29,039 bases of DNA, from positions 1 to 29,039 of the forward strand of contig JBMSSC010000018.1 of NCBI GenBank assembly GCA_049424145.1. Reading direction: 5' to 3'. The translations under genes were made by a program, and so were the position numbers. Below are positions 9,201 to 17,300 of the stretch, in pieces. The notes below the pieces were generated by a model. It was not told where the DNA came from and ran no database searches. It saw nothing but the letters and a program-made list of their open reading frames with translations. The first letter of the stretch is position 1. Each line of letters starts with the position of its first letter. The DNA comes from Bdellovibrionia bacterium. GTDB taxonomy: Bacteria; Bdellovibrionota; UBA1018.

Positions 9201-12017
9201 GGCATTCGAGTCTTAAAAGCAAAGCTCATTCTCCCCAAAAGCCTCATCGAAGAAGCTCGAAGCAAACAAGAAGGGAATGTTTTTGCGAAAGTCTTAGGTC
9301 GTTTTGAAGCCGGTATGACCGTGGAGCAGATGCTGGATTCCTTGGATGAGAAGACGGTCATGGGAGCTGCTTTAAGAAAGGTTCTGACCAAAAATCATCA
9401 GATCATTCAGCAGATCAATGACAACGCCGCTCGGTATTGTCAGGAGCTTGCAGAACAACCCGCTCACCTCAGGGTCGCCGATGAAATCCACGTAGATCAT
9501 ACTCTGAAAAGTAAAGACATCGCCATTGTGGCTCGCGATAACCTTCATGTGAATGCCGATCAAAAAGGCAATTCTGCAGGATTTGTTTCGCTTCAGGGTA
9601 AAGTGAAGATTCAATCCAAAAAGGTCCGTAAAAAAACTCGAACCGGATTTCAAGATGTCATCGAGCGGCGAGAGCTGGACTATGGAGATGGACACCTCAC
9701 CGTAAAAGCCGGTGGCGAAATTGAAATCTCAGCTTCGGACTTTAAAGCCGGAACGATGAACTTAGAAGGTCGAGATATTCTCGACTCAGCTGTCCTACTT
9801 GAGTCCGCCTCGGACTACAAATCCGGCTCAACTCAAGGGTCACTGAAGGAAGCTAAAGCCCAAGTTTCCCAGATGAAGGTCAAAGGGAAGCTCAGGATGA
9901 AGGCGCGCAATCATCTGGTTGCTCAAGGCACACAAGCACAAGCGGGCTCCATAGATCTTGAGGCTGGGAAAACTATTGCAATCTTAGGGGTGCAAAATCA
10001 TTCCAATTCCAGCGTGACCACTGAGCAGAAAACTGGGTGGTTCCTCTGGGAAGGGACTGAAACGAAAACCCAAACCTCGGCTCAGACTCAGTTTCAAGCA
10101 GCCTCCCTTCAGGCTACGGGTGATGGTTCACCGGGAAGTGGAGTGATCTCAATTCGGGCCCAAAATGAAACCGTTTTGCAAGCTCCCGAAATTTCCGCAG
10201 ATCAGACTCGCGTTGAGGTGGAAAAACTGAGGATCACTCAGGGAGCGGAATCTGTGTCAGAGTCCTCCACCCAGAGTCATGAAAGTGCCTGGTGGATCAG
10301 CAAAAAGCACAAAGAGGAGGCTCACCAGACTCATACGGCGATGAAGCTCGCGGGAGAAATGCAGCTTCAAGTCAAAAAGCTTGAGATTGAGAAAGTTAAA
10401 GGCCAGGTTTTAGAGTTTTTGGATCAGATCCACTACGATCCCAAGCAGGTCGAGGTGATTGAACAACTTCTCGAGGAGTTTCACCATCGGGATGAGAAGT
10501 CGATTTCAGCTCCTGGTCCGGCGCTAGTTGTTGCAGTGACCATTGCCTCCTCGCTTGCAACGGCCGGTGTGGGAGGGGCGATTGTCGGGAGTTCAGGCAC
10601 GGCTTTAGCGGCAGCTGCTAGTGCGGCGCTCTCCTCAGTCAGTGCTCAAGTGGCAACGCAGCTGACCTTGGGTGTTTTAGCCCAGCAGAGTCCGGGTGAT
10701 ATTTTAGGAAAAATCCTAAGTCTGGATACGCTGAAGAGTGCAGCAACCGCTGCACTCAGTGCAGGAGCTCTGAATCAGTTCGGTGGAACTGCCGATGTGA
10801 GCCAGGGAGTCGATTACGGATTTAAAATCAAAAGCGCAGGGATTCAAGCCGGAGTGGGGTTTGGAGCCAACCTAGGGTTTGAAGGGCAGGATCTCGGCAG
10901 TGCCCTGAAAAAAGCTGGGGTTCAGTTCGTAAGTCAAGCAGCTGGAAGTTGCCTTGCAGGGGAGATCGGTACCCACTTCAAAGACAAGAAGGAAGTTTTG
11001 GATCGTTGTCTGCACAAAGTGGCTCATGGAGCTGCTGCTGCAGGGGTCGCTGCTTTTCATGCTGCTCTTACGGGACAAGATGTTGGACTTGCTGTAGCCG
11101 GGGGAGTCAGTGGTGCAGTGACTTCTGAGATTGTAGCCGATCTTCTTTCGCCCTCCTTTTCTCAGGACTATGTGGAGGAGGTAAAAAGGCAGGAAAAAGA
11201 GAAACACAGGCCCTTAACGGAGGGTGAAAGGCTTCAAATCGGTCAGAGTAAGCTTGCTGATATCGCTCGGATTGCGAAGATTTCCGGGGCGGTCTCAGGA
11301 CTTCTTACTGCCGGTGCACCCGGGATGAGCAGTGCATTTGCTTCTTCCTCTAATTCGATTGAGAATAACTTCCTAGTTGCAGCAGCACCTCTTCTTCTTG
11401 TGGCAGCCGAAGCGGCTTTGCTAGAAGCTGCAACGACAACAGCGGTGGTTGGATCATCTGCCGGTTTAGGGTATGCTATCAGTCATCTGATGGGTGAAGA
11501 CGAGTCCTTGGAGGCTCCCGCTAAGCCAATCCCCCAAGACCCCACTCCGACTTCAACTGGGGATACTCAATACATCCCTGAGGACTTAGGGGATGCCAGT
11601 ACACAGCTGATTCCTGGGCAGGTTGAAGCATCCAGCAGCACCCAAACTCCCGCTCATCAGCCATTGCCATTCGGTCATCACTCCACTATACTTCTCAACC
11701 ACCAGGGAGTGGAGCCTCTGGGGGGTGTCTACTCTGAGGGGGTGCAGGATTCTGCGGGGGGATCTGCCAGTAATTTAGTTGGCCAGAAATTATCCGATGT
11801 CGTCAGAGGATATACCAAGCACGGTCTCAATCAGGCGATTAGTAGGAACAATGGTCAAGGGGTAGACGCTGCTGGGATAATTGATGCGGTAAAAAATCCT
11901 TCGAAAATCCTCGAACAAGCAAATGGGGTAAAAAAATACGTAGGTGAAAAAGCAACTGTTATAGTCAGTAAGGACGGAAAAATTATTACAACCTATGGAA
12001 AACCACGAGCAAAATAG
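6231..12017 (+). CDS. CdiA/FhaB-like polymorphic toxin with a C-terminal putative RNase domain
   Basis: Signal peptide (start possibly 6273). FHA-1-like N.G.I/L.N..G repeats, a CdiA-like PLIFYQAVE..VLKAKLILP segment and FHA-2-like repeats. Ala/Gly-rich pre-toxin region with HKVAH and IENN (11358-11369). C-terminal TKHGLNQAISR..IDAVKNP..YVG..ATV..GKIITT domain. Confidence 0.8.
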   Translation: MSHSILDFVFKRKPMRGIYAFLRVGLLGFFFLVQVADAADPRLRIQFQDPSGQWIQTEFMCSLGSHSREKVTPQSLPGVSLRWDSNCARVALTFHGESESSPRQVSWQIHSTREIELTGLLSVPLSVLAPRLKIVREWSSPELGFSFESKDSLAGRKAQGLMIVQENSVLSLGHLRLKNAEVNNQGRIEVISGKAPGRSLETRGFVVGLENSTLRNQGVIDLGDSGLFELGKSGPGQSEFIQEGRVRASSIQLGQVFAPLDVVLNSSQGWIQGDHLVGGVRELTNRGQIHASKRIGIYGKKLQNPSGSLRSEGELILWFETIENQKGSLLGVQGTTLHISGELENSLGFIGSETGPTELDFSDSGSASALGGVFGTEVHLNVSRSSSVELRQGFVQAKESISLFSLEKVNLPEVQIQTPLLNLSVPDFQLEPLLDCTTTVIHCNPRRDFCLTSPFMSQGEIRFLESDYCRVPKKTDGAQSSVSSGSSSSQALWSLKAEFLRPDWIIEEKTQALVKKMGDLGVFFERDQGYASQYTVSIESNLTSAQGVHFLLPEGRVFVGHQNSNGEAGIYAESLRVSTNYFLLHHGTVSTVDAYVAAPAGLHLGALEKDADQGVQVGEQSFPLLRRGNTLWTTASDCYLKGPLNCSGTLEIGRHLVLDSEKRQYLQSPDIHVHGNLLLKGEGPLKVIRHLGEHRYDQTLPLSSELYSEAEKFRVDGEILGMNAARMELFGTSLFADQSNSGLTFQRVNTIKSKPITFPGEEPQKEFRSNVSARESGIMRLEGSQSQGTLFTEDVFLIEDEGQCCLFAKNPYYFPSKDPLHSLEIRDLKNPKYFHHPNLKAALAENNSSRFGFEWRERSFFNPKQSNDWIQSIQPHLVINDANGNFSLLANEEVVFELSPKILLAQVQAAAQETLKRSYIDPKHPLDLDYLAQLHRNASQHLEQQQIFRNSKGKSDLSAPLLNSVFHHPKSSDQAPTAPLIFYQAVESDEGIRVLKAKLILPKSLIEEARSKQEGNVFAKVLGRFEAGMTVEQMLDSLDEKTVMGAALRKVLTKNHQIIQQINDNAARYCQELAEQPAHLRVADEIHVDHTLKSKDIAIVARDNLHVNADQKGNSAGFVSLQGKVKIQSKKVRKKTRTGFQDVIERRELDYGDGHLTVKAGGEIEISASDFKAGTMNLEGRDILDSAVLLESASDYKSGSTQGSLKEAKAQVSQMKVKGKLRMKARNHLVAQGTQAQAGSIDLEAGKTIAILGVQNHSNSSVTTEQKTGWFLWEGTETKTQTSAQTQFQAASLQATGDGSPGSGVISIRAQNETVLQAPEISADQTRVEVEKLRITQGAESVSESSTQSHESAWWISKKHKEEAHQTHTAMKLAGEMQLQVKKLEIEKVKGQVLEFLDQIHYDPKQVEVIEQLLEEFHHRDEKSISAPGPALVVAVTIASSLATAGVGGAIVGSSGTALAAAASAALSSVSAQVATQLTLGVLAQQSPGDILGKILSLDTLKSAATAALSAGALNQFGGTADVSQGVDYGFKIKSAGIQAGVGFGANLGFEGQDLGSALKKAGVQFVSQAAGSCLAGEIGTHFKDKKEVLDRCLHKVAHGAAAAGVAAFHAALTGQDVGLAVAGGVSGAVTSEIVADLLSPSFSQDYVEEVKRQEKEKHRPLTEGERLQIGQSKLADIARIAKISGAVSGLLTAGAPGMSSAFASSSNSIENNFLVAAAPLLLVAAEAALLEAATTTAVVGSSAGLGYAISHLMGEDESLEAPAKPIPQDPTPTSTGDTQYIPEDLGDASTQLIPGQVEASSSTQTPAHQPLPFGHHSTILLNHQGVEPLGGVYSEGVQDSAGGSASNLVGQKLSDVVRGYTKHGLNQAISRNNGQGVDAAGIIDAVKNPSKILEQANGVKKYVGEKATVIVSKDGKIITTYGKPRAK
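9788..9822 (+). repeat. 35-bp direct repeat, copy 1 (inside the toxin CDS)
   Basis: AGCTGTCCTACTTGAGTCCGCCTCGGACTACAAAT; 34/35 identical to 12416-12450. Confidence 0.95.
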
Positions 12018-12019
12018 CT

Positions 12020-12292
12020 ATGTATATTATTTCAATTAAAAATGAAGATTATAATTTAATTTTAAGTTTAGTGAAGGATTCTGAGTTGCGAAAAAATATC
12101 GAGACGAAGAGGTGCTCTATTGGATTAAAAAACATCGAAGCAGAGTTCAGCAAATCTGAACTTCAACACATTCTGGACATTCTGACTTTTAAGCTAACTG
12201 AACTTGGTCTTGACAAAGACAGTGAGCCAAATTCATTGGGGATAAAAATTGAGGGACTGATAGATTTATTCTCCGCTCACTTATACAAATAA
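12020..12292 (+). CDS. Cognate immunity protein (CdiI-like)
   Basis: Small low-GC ORF starting 2 nt after the toxin stop. The GLDKDSEPNSLGIKIEGLID motif resembles immunity proteins found after such toxins. Confidence 0.75.
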   Translation: MYIISIKNEDYNLILSLVKDSELRKNIETKRCSIGLKNIEAEFSKSELQHILDILTFKLTELGLDKDSEPNSLGIKIEGLIDLFSAHLYK

Positions 12293-12415
12293 AATTCATC
12301 GATCCAATCTGTAGTTGTACTTAGCACAAGTTGACTGGACACGTGGGGCGTCAAAATTAGGCTGATTGCCCACGTTATAATCTTCGTCTTAGTGACAAAA
12401 CCGAGCAATCACGAT

Positions 12416-12450
12416 AGCTGTCCTACTCGAGTCCGCCTCGGACTACAAAT
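12416..12450 (+). repeat. 35-bp direct repeat, copy 2 (intergenic)
   Basis: AGCTGTCCTACTCGAGTCCGCCTCGGACTACAAAT; one mismatch to 9788-9822. Confidence 0.95.
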
Positions 12451-12474
12451 TACAGTAATGAGAGTAGGTGGCAA

Positions 12475-12867
12475 ATGAACGCAGAAAAACAGATCTCGAT
12501 TATTTCCGAGGGAGCAGGGCTATTGAAGCTTGGTCCGAGAAAAGGTGAATACATCGATGTTGGAATCGAGAGGCAGTCGTTGCTGGCAAGCACGAGGGTC
12601 TACCTCTACGACGATAATCGTAGCCTTCTACGACTCTTTGAAGAGTTAGCTGCGAATTGGCGTGGATGGGAGGGTAGTAAAGATTGGAGTTCACTGGAAG
12701 GGGATGTCACTATATCGTGTACCACTGATAATCTTGGACATATCTCTTTCAATGTTGAACTTACAAATAATAATACGGAGCCACCTTGGACAATCCGTAC
12801 GAAATTGACAGTTGACGCTGGAATCTTAGAAAAAATCCTGAAAGAAGCGCGAATTGTTTTGGCGTAG
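12475..12867 (+). CDS. DUF6228-like protein, possible orphan immunity gene
   Basis: The LFEELAANWRGWEGSKDWSSLEGD..C..D.LGHI pattern is recognised as DUF6228-like. It lies downstream of the toxin-immunity pair. Confidence 0.65.
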   Translation: MNAEKQISIISEGAGLLKLGPRKGEYIDVGIERQSLLASTRVYLYDDNRSLLRLFEELAANWRGWEGSKDWSSLEGDVTISCTTDNLGHISFNVELTNNNTEPPWTIRTKLTVDAGILEKILKEARIVLA

Positions 12868-12898
12868 CGACCAATGATATGGGCTGGGCTTTACAATC

Positions 12899-12948
12899 TG
12901 ATTAAGAAGCTTAAAGTGTGCGCACTCCCAAAATGAGCTTCTTAATCA
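12899..12948. repeat. 13-bp perfect inverted repeat (stem-loop) between convergent genes
   Basis: TGATTAAGAAGCT (12899-12911) pairs with AGCTTCTTAATCA (12936-12948). A nested AGTG-TGCG-CACT lies in the loop. Confidence 0.8.
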
Positions 12949-13297
12949 ATTTGGGCCTCTTAATCGCGGATAGCTCAACTTATTGATAGACGCATAAATA
13001 TAGACGTATACAGGCCCGTCCGGATTAATTTCATCTGATTGATGTTTTCTTCGTGCCTCTTCTGGCTAAGGTTTTTGCGTTCAACCTTTGGCAATCACCG
13101 ACTAGCGATGAATGGTCGAGTTTGAGCGGTGCACAATGATCGTAACAATTCCCAGAGAGTACCTTGATATTCTGTAGGATCTTTTTTAACTGAAGGAGGA
13201 GCTGAATCAATACAGCAACTGCCAGCTAAATCTTAACTGCGTTTGCGTCTTTTAGCGTGAGATATCTAGCCGGAAGCGCCTGATAATGATTCTTTTT

Positions 13298-14311
13298 TTA
13301 ATAGTTTTCAGAATTGAGTGGACTGACCTCGCCACTGGAATCGCGAGGGAAAAAAAGCTTGGATCCACTCAGGTTCAAAATCTCTAATTGATCAGAATGC
13401 ACGAGGTAGTTCATCTGAACGGGAGATTCAAGTCTTGTGGCTTGGCCTCGAATCACTCGCTTGGGAGCGCTGCTTCCTGAAACAGTGGAATTAAAAAATA
13501 AAATCTGATTTTTATCCTGATCTAAAATAGCTAGTTCTTGGTGTTCTGGGATGACGAGAATATCTTGAGCGCTGTTGATTTGGGTGAGATCTCCTGAGAG
13601 GGTTTTGAGCAGCGCGGTTTTATTTTTGTCTTTTTTCCCTTCAACGTCAGCCAGTCTTGAGAAAAATAGAATTTGAGATTTTTTTGAGTGGGCAATGATT
13701 AAGTCCTGTGAGTCGGCTGAGACGGCAAGTGTGGTGGCATCGATGAGACGGTGATTTTTGAGTACTCGCTTTGGCGCAACGTTTCCGGGGTAGCGGAGAT
13801 CAAAGGAGAGAACGAGTCCTCGGCGACTGTCGAGGATGAAAACTTCCTGATTTTTTAGGTCCAGGGCTAGAGCTGTTATGGTTTTGAGTTCGGTGTGGTT
13901 TCCTGCGATGAGTTTTCTTGAAGTCACCGCAAGGGCTGTTGGAGCCGTCTCGGCTGGTTGAGTCTGCTTAGTTTCAATCCAGATCATGTTTTTGTAACCC
14001 ACGATTCGAGTTTCTCCATCAGGGGACTTTTTTATGGCATGACCTGACGCTGCCTTGAGGGCTTCCTCGAAGCATTTTTCTGAGACAGCAGTCGGTTCTT
14101 TTTCATCGAGATACGTTTGAGCATTCTCAATGCAGATTTTGAGTCGTGAAGTGTTGAGGGATGGATCTGCTGCAAGAAGAAGAGAGGGAAAAGATCCGAT
14201 TAGTCCAACCCAGAGAAGAGCTGAGGCCAAGCGTTTAAAAGCAGGTCTCTTCATGGGTAATGAACTCAGTTTTAAGCTCTCATATTTCCTTTGTTCTCGG
14301 AGTTGAGGCAT
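13298..14311 (-). CDS. Exported NHL/beta-propeller-like protein
   Basis: Signal-like helix (start possibly 14254). Repeated blades GNVAPKRVL, GSSAPKRVIRGQATRLESP and LSGDLTQINSA with hydrophobic strands. Starts 20 nt after the giant gene. Confidence 0.7.
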   Translation of the reverse strand: MPQLREQRKYESLKLSSLPMKRPAFKRLASALLWVGLIGSFPSLLLAADPSLNTSRLKICIENAQTYLDEKEPTAVSEKCFEEALKAASGHAIKKSPDGETRIVGYKNMIWIETKQTQPAETAPTALAVTSRKLIAGNHTELKTITALALDLKNQEVFILDSRRGLVLSFDLRYPGNVAPKRVLKNHRLIDATTLAVSADSQDLIIAHSKKSQILFFSRLADVEGKKDKNKTALLKTLSGDLTQINSAQDILVIPEHQELAILDQDKNQILFFNSTVSGSSAPKRVIRGQATRLESPVQMNYLVHSDQLEILNLSGSKLFFPRDSSGEVSPLNSENY

Positions 14312-14331
14312 ATGGGTTCTTCCTTTTTCCT

Positions 14332-17300
14332 CTAAGGGCTTTGTCCTGTTAACGATTGAGAGACGCTTCCGCCCGGTGATCCACTGATGCTGAAATTACC
14401 TGAATAGGTTTGGGTGGGTCCGCCTGAGAAAAGAACTTGAACGGTACAGTATCCATTAGGAGCCAAGATTTGGTTGCTGCAGTTATCTGTGGGTAGGCTG
14501 AACTGGGTACCTGTGACCTGAGCGCTTCCCAGAGTTATTGGGACGCTACTGATGTTACGGATGAAGTACTCATGACTGAGGTAGCTGAATAAAGGAACAC
14601 TGCCGAAGGAGTCGGGAGACAGGAGAGGATTTCCAGCGTTGTCAGTGATCCTTAGCCCATTGAAGGGCACAGAGATGGCTGAGACTGAGAGGGTAGGTGC
14701 GGTGAGTTCAATCGTCTTGGTCTCAGGATACGTTGAGTTGAGTGTGCAGGTAGAAACACCGGTTGAGAGAGTGCTGGAACAGCTACTCTGAACGTTGGTG
14801 CTATTGGTATTGGTGGCTGAGAACTGTGGATTGATGCCTGAGATGGCGTTTCCGTAGGCATCGGTAATGAGAACCGAGAGCTGAATTCCTTGGCTGCCGT
14901 CTGCTAGGACTGGGCCGGTGCCGTTTAGGGGGCTTGAAGAAAGAGTACTCAATGAAGCTGCTGCGGGTTGAATCGTTTGAGTCTGCTGTGCGTTAGGGAG
15001 GCTCGAGGAAATGGTGAGAGTGGGGGATCCTGCGCGAGTGTCTTTGAAGTAAAATGAAGTCGAGTTTGCGGAGGTTAAAATCGAAGACTGGGTCACAGGC
15101 GAGCCTGTACAGCCTGATTGAGTAAAGAACTGAGCGGTTCCACTGGAGGAGCTGCTGAAGTTCAGAGTCATAGGTGCACTTAGGTTTGTCACGTTATTGT
15201 ATGCGTCTCGGGTTTGTATCGAGACCATGTTGGAGCATTGGCCGGCAGCCACTGGGCTTGCGGATGTAGTGAAGGCAAGCTGTGCGGGAGTATTGGCAAG
15301 AACATTGAATGCAGAGCTTGTCACGGGTGAGAAACCAAAAGAGGCAGCTTGATAGGTGTATCCAGTTCCTGTTTTATTGATTTTAAGATCACTGAATGTG
15401 GCAATCCCCTGGTCTGCATTGACACTGAGAGTGCCTAGCGCTGAAGCAGATGTGGGGTTGTTGGCTAAAGAGAGCGTAATTCCTTGGGTTGCTGAACTCA
15501 GAGTATTGCCATAGCTATCTTGGATCGCGACTTGAACTGAGGGGGTTATCACATTTCCCGCTAGAACCTGCGAGGGCTGAGTGAGGAAGCCTAACTGAGT
15601 TGCTGCAGCAGGAGTGATCGTGAAAGCAGAGCTGGTGGCGCTTGAGATCCCAGGGACTGAGGCCATGAGAGTATAGTTTGAGCCAATCTTTTGGATTGAA
15701 AGAGAGTTGAACGTAGCTTTACCATCACTGATGGAGGTCGCAACCGGGTTGGTTCCGACTAGCGTCGCCGAAGTAGGGTTGTTGGAGATGCTGAGGGTGA
15801 CATTGACAGGAGACGTGGTTACTGGGTTAGTGTAAGCGTCGTAGACTTGTACAACCGTATTGAAAGGAGTTCCAGCCGTAGCGGAGCTTGGAGGGTGAGT
15901 AATAAAACTCAGGCTACTTGGAGCAGCGGAGTCAATCGTTTCTTGCTGAGAGCCTGAGGAAAGCCCCCCTGTGCTTGCAGTGAGAGTGATTGGGCCTGCA
16001 ACGGTGGATTTGAAGTAAAAGCTGGCTGTACTGGTATTGCTAGGAATGGAAAGGTTACTGATTGCATCGGTGCAAGTGGAGTTTGAATAAAAGGAAACAC
16101 TGCTTCCAGCTAAGTTAATCGTTCGCGTTGAGGCGCTGAGGACTTCATTTGCATAGGCGTCTTGAGTTTGAAGCGTGGTAATACCTGAGCACTCTCCTGC
16201 ACGAATTCGTTGAGCAGAGGTGGTAAAGCCTAGTTGAGCAATCGCTCCGGGTGTGGCTGTTTGAGTGAAGAGAATAAAGGGAGAGGTGCCTGCCACTTGC
16301 GCGGGATAGTTGGGTAATGGAAATCCTGCACCGGCTTTTAGAATTTGGGATCCCGCAATAGTACCTAAAGTATATCTGGTTTTTGCCCGACCCTGTGCAT
16401 CGGTGGGGACGATTGCAGGGTTAACGGACCCTCCGCCCGACTGAACACTAAAAGTAATGGGCGTGTCTGCAACAGGGTTTAACCATCGATCTCGGACCTC
16501 AACTTCAGGGTCAATGGGAACAGCGGTATTGACCTCTGCTGTCTGTGCTCCTCCAGCGATTTGAAGCACATGATCAGGAGATGCTGCCTTAACAGTGATG
16601 CCAGGAGAAGGGATGTTGGTGCCCAGGGGAGTCGCTAACGTAATGACTCGGCCTGTTCCTGCCGTATAGAAAGTGCCTGAGAATTCTTTTCGTCCTTTCA
16701 CGAAAGAAGACGTTGCGGGGTTAACCACATTCGAATGGGCATCTGCGGCTGTTAAATTAATGGAGATGGAGCCATCGTAGGACAATCCTTCGTTCGCATC
16801 GTCTCCTTCGTTATTCCAATCATCAATAGCAGACACTTGAATATTAAACGCGCTTCCTGCCGTTTGAGGACTCGCAGAACCCAGGGTTACAACTCCCGTG
16901 TTGTAACCCTTGTTGAGGGATAGTCCTGGAGGTAGGACCACGGCTTTGGTGATGGTGTTATGTTTGACTCGAATTTCATTTGAGGCGACGCCATCGATCA
17001 GATTTCCTGAAGGTCCAATTGGAGTGAGGGTCCAGCCTGATCCGTGAGTTGAGGATTTTCCGAGCGTAACAGAAATGGTGGTCTGCCCATTGGAGAGGGT
17101 TTGTGCAGCGGGCATGGATGCAGCTGAATCTGAGGAGACAAAAGTCACTTGGGTGGTCTGATCATTGGTAACAATATTAAATTTGGAATCGGTTCGATAA
17201 ACGTTCACATTAAAAGGAACTCCTGCGGTTTGAATTGAGGGAGGTCCCGTTACGGCACCAGCGAAGGTTTTTTTCGCGCCTGAGAAGACTTGTCCTGGTA

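Noticed and set aside
12316..12342. TGTACTTAGCACAAGTTGACTGGACAC resembling an IS3-family end
   Set aside because: No partner inverted repeat or transposase was found; the resemblance is too weak.
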